NCBI GenBank assembly: GCA_023271875.1 | Contig: JALPWY010000001.1 | Location: 6,091 to 70,090 of the forward strand | Length of the DNA stretch: 64,000 nt | DNA from: Nitrospinaceae bacterium | GTDB taxonomy: Bacteria; Nitrospinota; Nitrospinia; Nitrospinales; VA-1 | Direction: 5' to 3' | Shown here: positions 29,708-37,749 of the stretch, piece by piece | Layout: the number at the start of each line of letters is the position of its first letter | How positions within the stretch are numbered: the first letter of the stretch is position 1 | Translations under genes and position numbers: made by a program | Notes under the pieces: generated by a model | What the model was told of the DNA's origin: nothing | Seen by the model: only the letters and a program-made list of their open reading frames with translations | Databases searched by the model: none

Positions 29708-30724
29708 TCAACCTTCCGCGTATGAAAACATTTTTTCTACGCAACTTAGAGCATTCTTTTGAACCTTAGAATCAAGTTCAATGACATTATAGGAAGTTGG
29801 TTTTTCAAGTGCATTAAGAATATTCTCTAAAGAATTAGCCTTCATGTATCGGCAGGTAGTGCAGGTGCCTACAAATTGCTTGTCTGGAAATTCTGATTCC
29901 AAAATTCCCGTCAATCCACATTCTGTTAGTATAAAAAAAGTTTTTCGGTCAGATTCACGCACATAACTTAGCATACCACTAGTTGATCCTACGTAGTCAG
30001 CCTTGTCTACCACATCAGGTCTACATTCTGGATGTGCCAAAATTTCTACCCCCGAGAAATTCTTCCTCACTTGGTCAACGCTTTCTGGTTGGTACTCTTC
30101 GTGGACATAGCAGGTTCCGTCATACAACTCAATGTCTTTTCGCACTCCATTTTTCTTTAAATATTTTTTTATATTTTCGCCCATCAACCGATCTGGTAAA
30201 AAATAAATCTGATCATTTTCAATCCGCTCTATTACCTTATATACATTGGATGAGGTAACGCATGTATCACATAGTGCTTTTACTTCAGCCGTAGTATTTA
30301 TATAACAAACAAATGTGTGGTGCGGAAATTTTGCACGCAAATTTTTAACATCTTCAGCAGTGATTCCATCTGCTAAAGTACAACCTCCATCAGGATTTGG
30401 GTCTAGCACTACCTTGTCTGGATTTAGAATTTTAGCTGTCTCCGCCATGAAACGAACCGATGCAAAAACAATCACTTCGGCATTTGACTCCCGTGCCTTT
30501 TTAGCTAAACCGTACGAATCACCCATATGATCCGCTACACCGTACAGGATTTGGGGTGCAACATAATTGTGCGCCAAAATGATGGCATTTTTCTCCTGTT
30601 TGAGTGTCTCGATGCGTTGAATTATCGTTAAGAGCTCCTCACAACTCTGTTCAGTAAATCGACAAAACGGATTCCCCACTTGAATATCTTTAAGCTTGGC
30701 GTAAAGTTGTTGAGAGGTAATCAT
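29708..30724 (-). CDS. nadA: quinolinate synthase
   Basis: ILAHNYVAPQILYGVADHMGDSYGLA and conserved Cys positions typical of NadA. The likely start is ATG 30724 (MITSQQLYAKL), because the longer track ORF overlaps the HIT gene. Confidence 0.9.
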   Translation of the reverse strand: MITSQQLYAKLKDIQVGNPFCRFTEQSCEELLTIIQRIETLKQEKNAIILAHNYVAPQILYGVADHMGDSYGLAKKARESNAEVIVFASVRFMAETAKILNPDKVVLDPNPDGGCTLADGITAEDVKNLRAKFPHHTFVCYINTTAEVKALCDTCVTSSNVYKVIERIENDQIYFLPDRLMGENIKKYLKKNGVRKDIELYDGTCYVHEEYQPESVDQVRKNFSGVEILAHPECRPDVVDKADYVGSTSGMLSYVRESDRKTFFILTECGLTGILESEFPDKQFVGTCTTCRYMKANSLENILNALEKPTSYNVIELDSKVQKNALSCVEKMFSYAEG

Positions 30725-30729
30725 TGGGA

Positions 30730-31074
30730 TTAACCTGGCGGCCACTTTAAAGAGCGCCCACCCAAAAGGTGATAATGAATATGAAAAACCGACTGTCCGG
30801 CTTCCACTCCACAATTAACTACTATTCGGAATCCAGTCGTATCTAATCCCTTTTGCTTTGCGAGCTCGTTAGCCACAGAATAAATTGAGCCTATGAGCGC
30901 GTGATCATCTTCTTTGATTTCTAATATAGTGGAGAAATGTTTTTTAGGGATAATTAGAAAATGGATTGGAGCCTGCGGATTAATATCCTTAATGGCAAAA
31001 ATGTTACCATCATCATAAACTTTTTCTGCAGGGAGATCCCCCTTATCAATCATGCAAAACAAACATTCACTCAT
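30730..31074 (-). CDS. HIT-family (HinT-like) nucleotide hydrolase
   Basis: Histidine triad HIHYHLLGG and C-terminal LKWPPG. Confidence 0.85.
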   Translation of the reverse strand: MSECLFCMIDKGDLPAEKVYDDGNIFAIKDINPQAPIHFLIIPKKHFSTILEIKEDDHALIGSIYSVANELAKQKGLDTTGFRIVVNCGVEAGQSVFHIHYHLLGGRSLKWPPG

Positions 31075-31111
31075 AATTCAATTTTTTTCACTTTGAAAAA
31101 TTTTTCGTTAG

Positions 31112-32584
31112 CTAGTAGGTTCCTTTATAGGGAGTTGATTCTTGGCCTCCGTGTTTCTCCATATTTTGAAGGTAGTTTCGTATTTCCTCTTTGTAGGAAA
31201 TAAAAGGATCAAGCATTAAAAATGGTGCTTCATTCCTGCCAAACCGAAATCCTATCCAATCTATAAGATATAAAGACTCACTATTCACATCTACAAGAGT
31301 CTTGACTAACTCGCCTCTCCCATCAGCACGCGTACCCCTTGGAGGAATAGTCTTTGCATACTCTATAGCACCATCGTTTGTTTTTCTTACAGCTTCTCCT
31401 GTGCCTTCCAGACTCCAGTAAAGGCCACTGTTCTTATTAATATTATGATATTCCAAGTCAAGACTCTTCAGCCATGGATCATGCCAATCTAAGTTTTCTT
31501 CTTTCCTAAATTCGGAGAGCATCCAATATTTTGTCGCCCAATCAACACGGCCTATTAACGCTTCAGGTCCTTTAGACAAATCATTCAACACCGAATCCCA
31601 CTCATGTATAATCCAGTCCGTCTCACGATTCATTCCAGCTAGGTGCTTCCTCGCAGTTTGCATCATATCTATTTGTAACTCGAGTGCCGTTGTGTGGCGT
31701 CCATTTCTTAAAACTAATTCCCATTTAAATTCTTGATCTCGTGATATCGCCCGCATGGTCTCCACTGATTCGGCCAGTATCCAGTCAGGATTGGCAATAT
31801 CCTGCTCCATGAGCTCAAGCATAAGAGTGGTGGTTCCCATTTTCATAGCGGTTGCAAACTCGCTCATATTTGAGTCACCAACTAATAAATGGATCCTTCG
31901 GTACTTACTGGGGTCTGCCAGCGGTTCATCGCGAGTGTTGACTATAGAGCGGTTATACTGAACCCATCGGTAGAACTCATTTGGGATATGATCTGCCCTT
32001 TGAGAAATCTGAAAATCAACATTAGCTTCTGCTTCCTCGACAAAGTTGCCCTCCCAGTCGCGAAAAGGATGAGGGTTACACGCGCCAATTCTCCCTGCGC
32101 CGCAATAAATTTGTCGGGTAACTAAAAATGCTGACAGCAATTTCAGGTTTTCGCGTTCATCAAAGGGAAACCCTCGGCCAACCAAATAATTCTCATGACA
32201 ACCAAACGTCGCGTTAGTTTCAAGATCGACATTGTTTTTAATAATGCCTATTGAGTCTCTCCAACCGAGCTCTTCCACCGCATCTTGAATCAGTGTATCC
32301 CCCGCGCGATCATAGGTAACGAGATCGGTCAGAGTAAAGCATTCTGGCGAAGCGTATTCCAAGTGACCCATATCTAGATATATACGCCCGGCATTTAATA
32401 AGAAACCGCCGTTTTCAGGTGGTTCATCGTTGGCTCGGTAGTGCTGATCGAGAACCCCAAGTCTTGATGTTTTAAAGATGTGGTCTTTGATTCTAATTGC
32501 CGCTTCCACCGGATCAAGCTTAAATTCATTATCTTTGATCAGTAGGCCATATTCAGTTTCGATACCATAGATTCGATTTCTCAC
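31112..32584 (-). CDS. pafA: PafA-like modifier ligase (Pup/UBact ligase family)
   Basis: GIETEYG N-terminus, FLLNAGRIYLDMGHLEYASPEC, INTRDEPLAD, YRRIHLLVGDSNMSE. It lacks the ~30-residue insertion seen in the upstream paralog. GTG start 2 nt after the prcA stop. Confidence 0.8.
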   Translation of the reverse strand: MRNRIYGIETEYGLLIKDNEFKLDPVEAAIRIKDHIFKTSRLGVLDQHYRANDEPPENGGFLLNAGRIYLDMGHLEYASPECFTLTDLVTYDRAGDTLIQDAVEELGWRDSIGIIKNNVDLETNATFGCHENYLVGRGFPFDERENLKLLSAFLVTRQIYCGAGRIGACNPHPFRDWEGNFVEEAEANVDFQISQRADHIPNEFYRWVQYNRSIVNTRDEPLADPSKYRRIHLLVGDSNMSEFATAMKMGTTTLMLELMEQDIANPDWILAESVETMRAISRDQEFKWELVLRNGRHTTALELQIDMMQTARKHLAGMNRETDWIIHEWDSVLNDLSKGPEALIGRVDWATKYWMLSEFRKEENLDWHDPWLKSLDLEYHNINKNSGLYWSLEGTGEAVRKTNDGAIEYAKTIPPRGTRADGRGELVKTLVDVNSESLYLIDWIGFRFGRNEAPFLMLDPFISYKEEIRNYLQNMEKHGGQESTPYKGTY

Positions 32585-32586
32585 AA

Positions 32587-33381
32587 CTATTGAATCACCT
32601 CTAATTTTAAAGCAGAAATTTCACTTTCACTCAATGTGCGATAAAGACACTTGCGTCCCGTATTATTGTTGAGAACTGCCGCTTCAAGGCTCCAACTGTC
32701 AAATGCTTCTTTTAGATCAGTTGGAATGTCTTCCGTTTCCTCCTCAGCCTGATCATTGTCTTCAACTGATGAATTTGCATCTTCTTCTAGTTTAGGTTTC
32801 TTACGGCCTTCCTCCCACATACGCAACGCTGATTGAATTGATTTATCTAAATCCAATAACATAAAATCGGTGCTTTCTATTGCTTTTTGTATTCGTTCTC
32901 TCACTTTACTATCACCCGCAATAACGGTTCCTTTTTTAAATTTTTCCCAGTAACCGTCATAGTTGACTCGAAAAAATTCGGCACTCCCTTCATGGTTTAT
33001 TTCAGCAAGTAACATTTGAATCAGATAAGGGGCCCGTTGAATTTCTTCGAAGTTTTGCTTGAGTGCCGGTGCGAGTCCAAATTGTAGAAGCCTTCCAATG
33101 GTTACGTCCTCTGATGAACGGTTGAATCCTTCAGCATGTGCCATATCCAGAAGTGTCATACGCAAACGTTCGACATCTGCAGGGTGGCCTAACCCACCTA
33201 GAGCAATACGATCATAAATTTCAAAAATTTTTCCAGGTTGCGGAGAAAACCCGATAATAAGCGCCCCTTCATTATAAGGAACCCCTATAACTGGCTGTCC
33301 CTTAAACAGCTTTTCACGAACATAACTATGGCGCGTAGAAATCGCTTCCATCCAACGAAAAGGCTCTTCAAACATTTTCAA
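32587..33381 (-). CDS. prcA: 20S proteasome alpha subunit
   Basis: Alignable by eye to actinobacterial PrcA (…IFEIYDRIALGGLGHPADVERLR…YLIQMLLAEI…FFRVNYDG). The start is TTG 33381 or ATG 33375, immediately at the prcB stop. Confidence 0.85.
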   Translation of the reverse strand: MKMFEEPFRWMEAISTRHSYVREKLFKGQPVIGVPYNEGALIIGFSPQPGKIFEIYDRIALGGLGHPADVERLRMTLLDMAHAEGFNRSSEDVTIGRLLQFGLAPALKQNFEEIQRAPYLIQMLLAEINHEGSAEFFRVNYDGYWEKFKKGTVIAGDSKVRERIQKAIESTDFMLLDLDKSIQSALRMWEEGRKKPKLEEDANSSVEDNDQAEEETEDIPTDLKEAFDSWSLEAAVLNNNTGRKCLYRTLSESEISALKLEVIQ

Positions 33382-34178
33382 CTCCTGCTCATAGAAGATT
33401 CGTAAATAGACTCCATATGATCGTCTGAAATAAACTGATACCCATCTTTAGTAATCTTCGCAATGATAGGGTAAAGTTTGTCTTCGGGCCGGGCTTGCCC
33501 TGTGGCTGAATCAAATTGAGCAGCTGTCTGTAGTAGACGTATTGATAAAGAGGTCGCTTCTTCCTCTGACCTTTCTCCTAATGGGCTACTACCCCAAAGA
33601 TTCTCGTGTTCTAAAACACCCTTTATCATAGGAGATCCAGACCCTGTTGCGACATAAGTCAGTATCTGAAATTCAGCTCCCAGCATATCGTAAAAATAAA
33701 GAAATACTTTTTTCTGTTCTTTATCATAAATAGCAAAAAGAGGGCTCACCCCACCCACACCCTGCAAAGCCATCCCCACATTATCTTTGAGCAGTTTTGA
33801 CAAAGCACGGACTTTGCCTTCCGTGCTCATGGTCCGCAATTGTGAACGCCTATAATATTCAAAGTTATGTGATAGGATGCGTGCCATTTCGAATGCTGTA
33901 GCCGGAACCCCTGCGATAGCCATTAATGAAAAATCATCTATGGGGATTACTTTATCGCAACGATCATACATGATCGCATTTCCAGCAGTAGCTCTGCGAT
34001 CACCCGCCACAATTATTCCATCTTTATAATGGAAAGCCAGGACTGTGGTTCCTTGAGGGATTTCTAAAGCCTTATTTTCAAAAATACCTGAAGACACTTT
34101 CTGTGGATAGTGACCTGATTTTTTAAGGAGCTCGAGAAAGTCGCCAGAAGTGTGGATTCGTTCAAGGTTTTCTGTCAT
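33378..34178 (-). CDS. prcB: 20S proteasome beta subunit with propeptide
   Basis: Propeptide followed by the catalytic-Thr context PQG/TTVLAFHYKDGIIVAGDRRAT. ATG overlaps the stop of the small modifier ORF (ATGA). Confidence 0.9.
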   Translation of the reverse strand: MTENLERIHTSGDFLELLKKSGHYPQKVSSGIFENKALEIPQGTTVLAFHYKDGIIVAGDRRATAGNAIMYDRCDKVIPIDDFSLMAIAGVPATAFEMARILSHNFEYYRRSQLRTMSTEGKVRALSKLLKDNVGMALQGVGGVSPLFAIYDKEQKKVFLYFYDMLGAEFQILTYVATGSGSPMIKGVLEHENLWGSSPLGERSEEEATSLSIRLLQTAAQFDSATGQARPEDKLYPIIAKITKDGYQFISDDHMESIYESSMSRS

Positions 34179-34345
34179 TGGCCGGTTCGTTGTTTGTAGT
34201 TTTCTGATTGTTTAGGGTCAACCCGTTTCATTCGCTTGAGAATATCATCACGACCCGGTCGTTCAACATTCGGACTAGATGGTCCTGATTCCTTGCGGTC
34301 GGGAGTAGGATCCTTTTTTTCTTCTCTTCTTAATGGATCGTTCAT
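34175..34345 (-). CDS. 56-aa UBact/Pup-type prokaryotic ubiquitin-like modifier (not in the ORF track)
   Basis: Read by hand: MNDPLRREEKKDPTPDRKESGPSSPNVERPGRDDILKRMKRVDPKQSENYKQRTGQ*. ATGA overlaps at both ends (dop-like stop, prcB start). C-terminal Gly-Gln. Occupies the position of pup in the canonical mpa-dop-pup-prcBA order. Confidence 0.75.
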   Translation of the reverse strand: MNDPLRREEKKDPTPDRKESGPSSPNVERPGRDDILKRMKRVDPKQSENYKQRTGQ

Positions 34346-35829
34346 AACCATGGGAATTGCTCCTTTTTGGAATTAATCAAATGTTCTACGTCAGCCGAGC
34401 TGACAACTTGAGAAAGATCTATAAAGTCACCGCCCGTAAACTCGATACCCGTCCAGTGAATATTTTTTATCTGATCCTCGCTGTTTGTAACGGCCAAGCC
34501 ACGCACCAGAGCCCTCGTATCTTCAGGTGGCTCTTTTATAGCGCGCTGAATTTCATCTTCAGAAAACATGGAGTATACATCACCTGCTTGCTCAAGTCCT
34601 CGGTACAAGCCTCTTTCTGGATCAAGATTATGATACTCTAAATCTAGGCTTTTTATCCAAGGATCATCCCAACCCACCCCTTCTGATTCAGTAAAACGGG
34701 TAAAAATATCTTTTTTTATTGCCCAATCAATTCGATCAGCTAGCTTTTCAGGGTGGTGTTTGAGTTCATTCAAAGTACGTGCCCATTCGCGGATAATCCA
34801 ATCCCTCTCTTTGCATTGCCCTGATAGATTTTTATCTGCTGCGTCAAGATAGAATTCTTGTATTTCAAGTGATGTTATCGTTTTGCCATTCCTACATTTC
34901 AAAGCAATAGTCCCTGTCTGGTCTCGAGAAATATTTTTAATATCATCAACTGGATTCTCTAGGGCCAAAGGCGATTCTAATTTATCTTCTCCAATTAGAG
35001 TCAAGATCAATCGAGTTGTTCCAACCTTCAAAGCAGTTGCATAAGGGGACATATTTGCATCACCTAGAATAAGGTGAAGTCGACGGTACTTGTCTTGTGT
35101 CGCATGGGGTTCATCCCGAGTATTAATAATAGGTCGTTGGGTCATCGTCTCTATACTCAATACCGTTTCTATAAAATCGGACCGCTGTGCAAGCTGGAGT
35201 CCACTAAATGAATTATCATCTTTAAGTTCAGTTCCGACCTTGCCAGCTCCTGCGTATAGTTGGCGAGTTATAAGAAACGGAACCAAACGTTCTACCCAAT
35301 GCTCAAAGGGAAGTCGACGTGATATGAGATAATTATCATGCGTACCGTAGCTATGCCCTAGATAGTCGGTGTTATTCTTGAATACGCAAACCCTACCAAC
35401 CTTGTCGTCTTGATTTCTTAGGTGAGCACACTCGGAAACAATGCGTTCACCGGCCAGATCATGCACCACTAATTGAAAAACACTGCCACATTCGGGGGTG
35501 CTATATTCTGGATGCGTGTGGTCATTATAAAACCTTGCTCCGTTTTCAAGTACCCGGTCGCGTTTCATCTCCCAATAACTGTAGGGACGTTTACGATCCT
35601 CAACGCAAAAAGCATCTTCTTCCTCGTCCTGTGCCAGAGAAGGCACATTAAACCCTCGCATATCCTGATGAGAACGTTCTCGAGAATAAGCCCAATTACA
35701 AAATTCACTTTTCATCTCACAGCGACGCACTAGGGCCATTGACTCCTCTACGACATCGTAACTTTCTACCTCATTGCGCACGATCCCATATTCTGTTTCT
35801 AGGCCTAACAAAGGAACTGAAGAACTCAT
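34342..35829 (-). CDS. dop: Dop-like deamidase/depupylase homolog
   Basis: LETEYG, NGARFYNDHTHPEYSTPEC, INTRDEPHAT, YRRLHLILGDANMS. It carries an extra ~30 residues between ETEYG and NGAR (WAYSRERSHQDMRGFNVPS...), resembling the Dop-specific loop. It lies directly upstream of the modifier gene. Confidence 0.8.
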   Translation of the reverse strand: MSSSVPLLGLETEYGIVRNEVESYDVVEESMALVRRCEMKSEFCNWAYSRERSHQDMRGFNVPSLAQDEEEDAFCVEDRKRPYSYWEMKRDRVLENGARFYNDHTHPEYSTPECGSVFQLVVHDLAGERIVSECAHLRNQDDKVGRVCVFKNNTDYLGHSYGTHDNYLISRRLPFEHWVERLVPFLITRQLYAGAGKVGTELKDDNSFSGLQLAQRSDFIETVLSIETMTQRPIINTRDEPHATQDKYRRLHLILGDANMSPYATALKVGTTRLILTLIGEDKLESPLALENPVDDIKNISRDQTGTIALKCRNGKTITSLEIQEFYLDAADKNLSGQCKERDWIIREWARTLNELKHHPEKLADRIDWAIKKDIFTRFTESEGVGWDDPWIKSLDLEYHNLDPERGLYRGLEQAGDVYSMFSEDEIQRAIKEPPEDTRALVRGLAVTNSEDQIKNIHWTGIEFTGGDFIDLSQVVSSADVEHLINSKKEQFPWL

Positions 35830-37445
35830 ATGATCGATCGGTTGAGAGTTTCAGCGGCAGCCTGGTCAGACTGGTTGGGTCGACGCACCCTTACCACATC
35901 GCGCGGATCTAGGTCAAGCAATTGAAGCCAATCCTCCAGATTTGATTCTGCGGGAAGCAAGTTGCCATCCGTAAACTCAGTTTTTAGACATTCTGTTAAA
36001 TCTTTGGACAAAATTTTTAACTCTTTTCCATCGATGGCTCTTTCAATTGCTTTTTCTTTGGTTCTTTTGACTATCCCCTCAATAATCGCACCAGAAATAA
36101 AGTCCTTCCAGTAAAGATTTTTGAGTTTACCAGTGCGTAGGGTAAGAACCAAAACCTTCTGTCGAGAGCTCTTCCTAAATAGGGCATCGAGAAATGGCTG
36201 AGTCATTTGATCAAGGTTTTCGTGCTCTCGAGGTAAATTAGGTTTAAGATAAACCCTAAGTATCGCATTGCAATCTTCACGATTGGGACGACCCACTTTT
36301 ATCTTTCGATCGATTCGGCCAGGTCTCAAGATGGCAGGATCTATCAGGTCGGGCCGGTTAGTGGCGAGAATAACAACAGCTTCTCGAAGCGATTGGATTC
36401 CATCCATCTCAGCACAGAACATAGGTACCAGCGTATTGCTGATATTATTTCCACGCATGGCCTGCCTTGTTCCAAGAATAGATTCTGCTTCATCAATAAA
36501 AATAAAAGGCACTTGGCCCTTTTCCTTATAATCACGCGCCTTTTTAAAAATTTCCCTTACTTTACGCTCCGACTCCCCAAGCCACATGTTAAGAATTTCG
36601 GGACCTTTGACATGGATAAATCGACCTTCGAGATCTTGATTAGATTCTTTTTCCTTAAGTTGACGAATGATGTCTGAAAGAATAGCTCTGCCAATGAGGG
36701 TTTTACCACAACCCGGAGGTCCGTAAAATAAAAAACCCTTTGGCAATTGGTATTCCATGGTTTTAAGAATATCCTTATGTAAAATAGGGTACTCGATAAC
36801 CTTGCGCACTTCCTCAATAACTTTAGATTGCCCTCCTACCTCGGACCAGTCGATTTGAGCCAAATCGTCTTCGATAACAACGCCAGACGTTCTCTTAGGT
36901 AGCCGAGCCAAAATAACCCGTTGGTTCGGGTCGAGAATGACCTCATCACCCACCTTCAATGTCTCTGTTTCCAGATCGGGGTGATTCGAGGCTAAGGTTT
37001 CGCTGTTGGCAGCTTGCCCGGTTATCAACCACTGTCCATCTGTTAATCGCGTGGTGATGCGAGCAATCGGCCCTTGCTCAGGCTTAGGCAACTTAGCTAT
37101 AGCAACAAACCCCTCGTTGAGCGCAACTTGATCACCAGGCTGAAGAGTTTCTTCTTCAAGAATTTCTGGAGAGACAGCAGCCTGATACTCTGTACCTCCA
37201 ACTACTAAACGATAAAGACCTCCCTTTCCCAGTCCCAACACAGTTCCAATACGGTGGGCAGGGGACTTTAACTTAGCAACGGTTTCCTCGAGATTTTTAA
37301 TTTTTAAAGCATATTGCTGTGATACCTGTTGCGCCTGAAATAATGCGTCTCGCAAATCAAAAATCTTCTCTTGGAGCTTAGGATTATCAGCCGTTTCACC
37401 CAAAAGTTGGTCAATCAGTTCGATAATATGGGGTTGGTCACCCAT
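35826..37445 (-). CDS. mpa: proteasome-associated AAA+ ATPase (Mpa/ARC family)
   Basis: N-terminal coiled coil, OB-like region, Walker A GPPGCGKTLIG, Walker B FIFIDEAES. ATGA overlap with the dop-like gene. Confidence 0.9.
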   Translation of the reverse strand: MGDQPHIIELIDQLLGETADNPKLQEKIFDLRDALFQAQQVSQQYALKIKNLEETVAKLKSPAHRIGTVLGLGKGGLYRLVVGGTEYQAAVSPEILEEETLQPGDQVALNEGFVAIAKLPKPEQGPIARITTRLTDGQWLITGQAANSETLASNHPDLETETLKVGDEVILDPNQRVILARLPKRTSGVVIEDDLAQIDWSEVGGQSKVIEEVRKVIEYPILHKDILKTMEYQLPKGFLFYGPPGCGKTLIGRAILSDIIRQLKEKESNQDLEGRFIHVKGPEILNMWLGESERKVREIFKKARDYKEKGQVPFIFIDEAESILGTRQAMRGNNISNTLVPMFCAEMDGIQSLREAVVILATNRPDLIDPAILRPGRIDRKIKVGRPNREDCNAILRVYLKPNLPREHENLDQMTQPFLDALFRKSSRQKVLVLTLRTGKLKNLYWKDFISGAIIEGIVKRTKEKAIERAIDGKELKILSKDLTECLKTEFTDGNLLPAESNLEDWLQLLDLDPRDVVRVRRPNQSDQAAAETLNRSII

Positions 37446-37484
37446 GAGTATAAATCCCTATAATTAAGTTGATATTAATATCTA

Positions 37485-37514
37485 ATTCTAAATCGAAAAA
37501 AAATTGCACGTCAA
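37485..37514 (-). promoter_or_regulatory. candidate sigma70 promoter of the proteasome operon (TTGACG-N18-TAGAAT)
   Basis: On the minus strand, -35 TTGACG lies at 37514-37509 and -10 TAGAAT at 37490-37485, about 40 nt upstream of the mpa ATG. Confidence 0.35.
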
Positions 37515-37655
37515 GTTAATTTAACTATATCAAACTATTACTTTCTTCCTTATGGCGACCAATGGTGAGTATTAAAAGGTCTTTTTTGGCCATTTCGTCC
37601 TTTGAAGATTTTCTGGTACAATTTCCCTTTTAAAACATTGATTAATCTATTTTGG

Positions 37656-37680
37656 CATACAATAAGCCAGCTATTGTATG
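37656..37680. repeat. perfect 9-bp inverted repeat CATACAATA-N7-TATTGTATG (candidate operator)
   Basis: Exact reverse-complement arms at 37656-37664 and 37672-37680, in the divergent region between the mpa operon and gene 37750. Confidence 0.5.
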
Positions 37681-37749
37681 TTAGAAAGTCGATTTCATCA
37701 AAGTAGGATCGACGCAAAGTAATTGCTGCTTTACTTTTTTACCTTTTTT

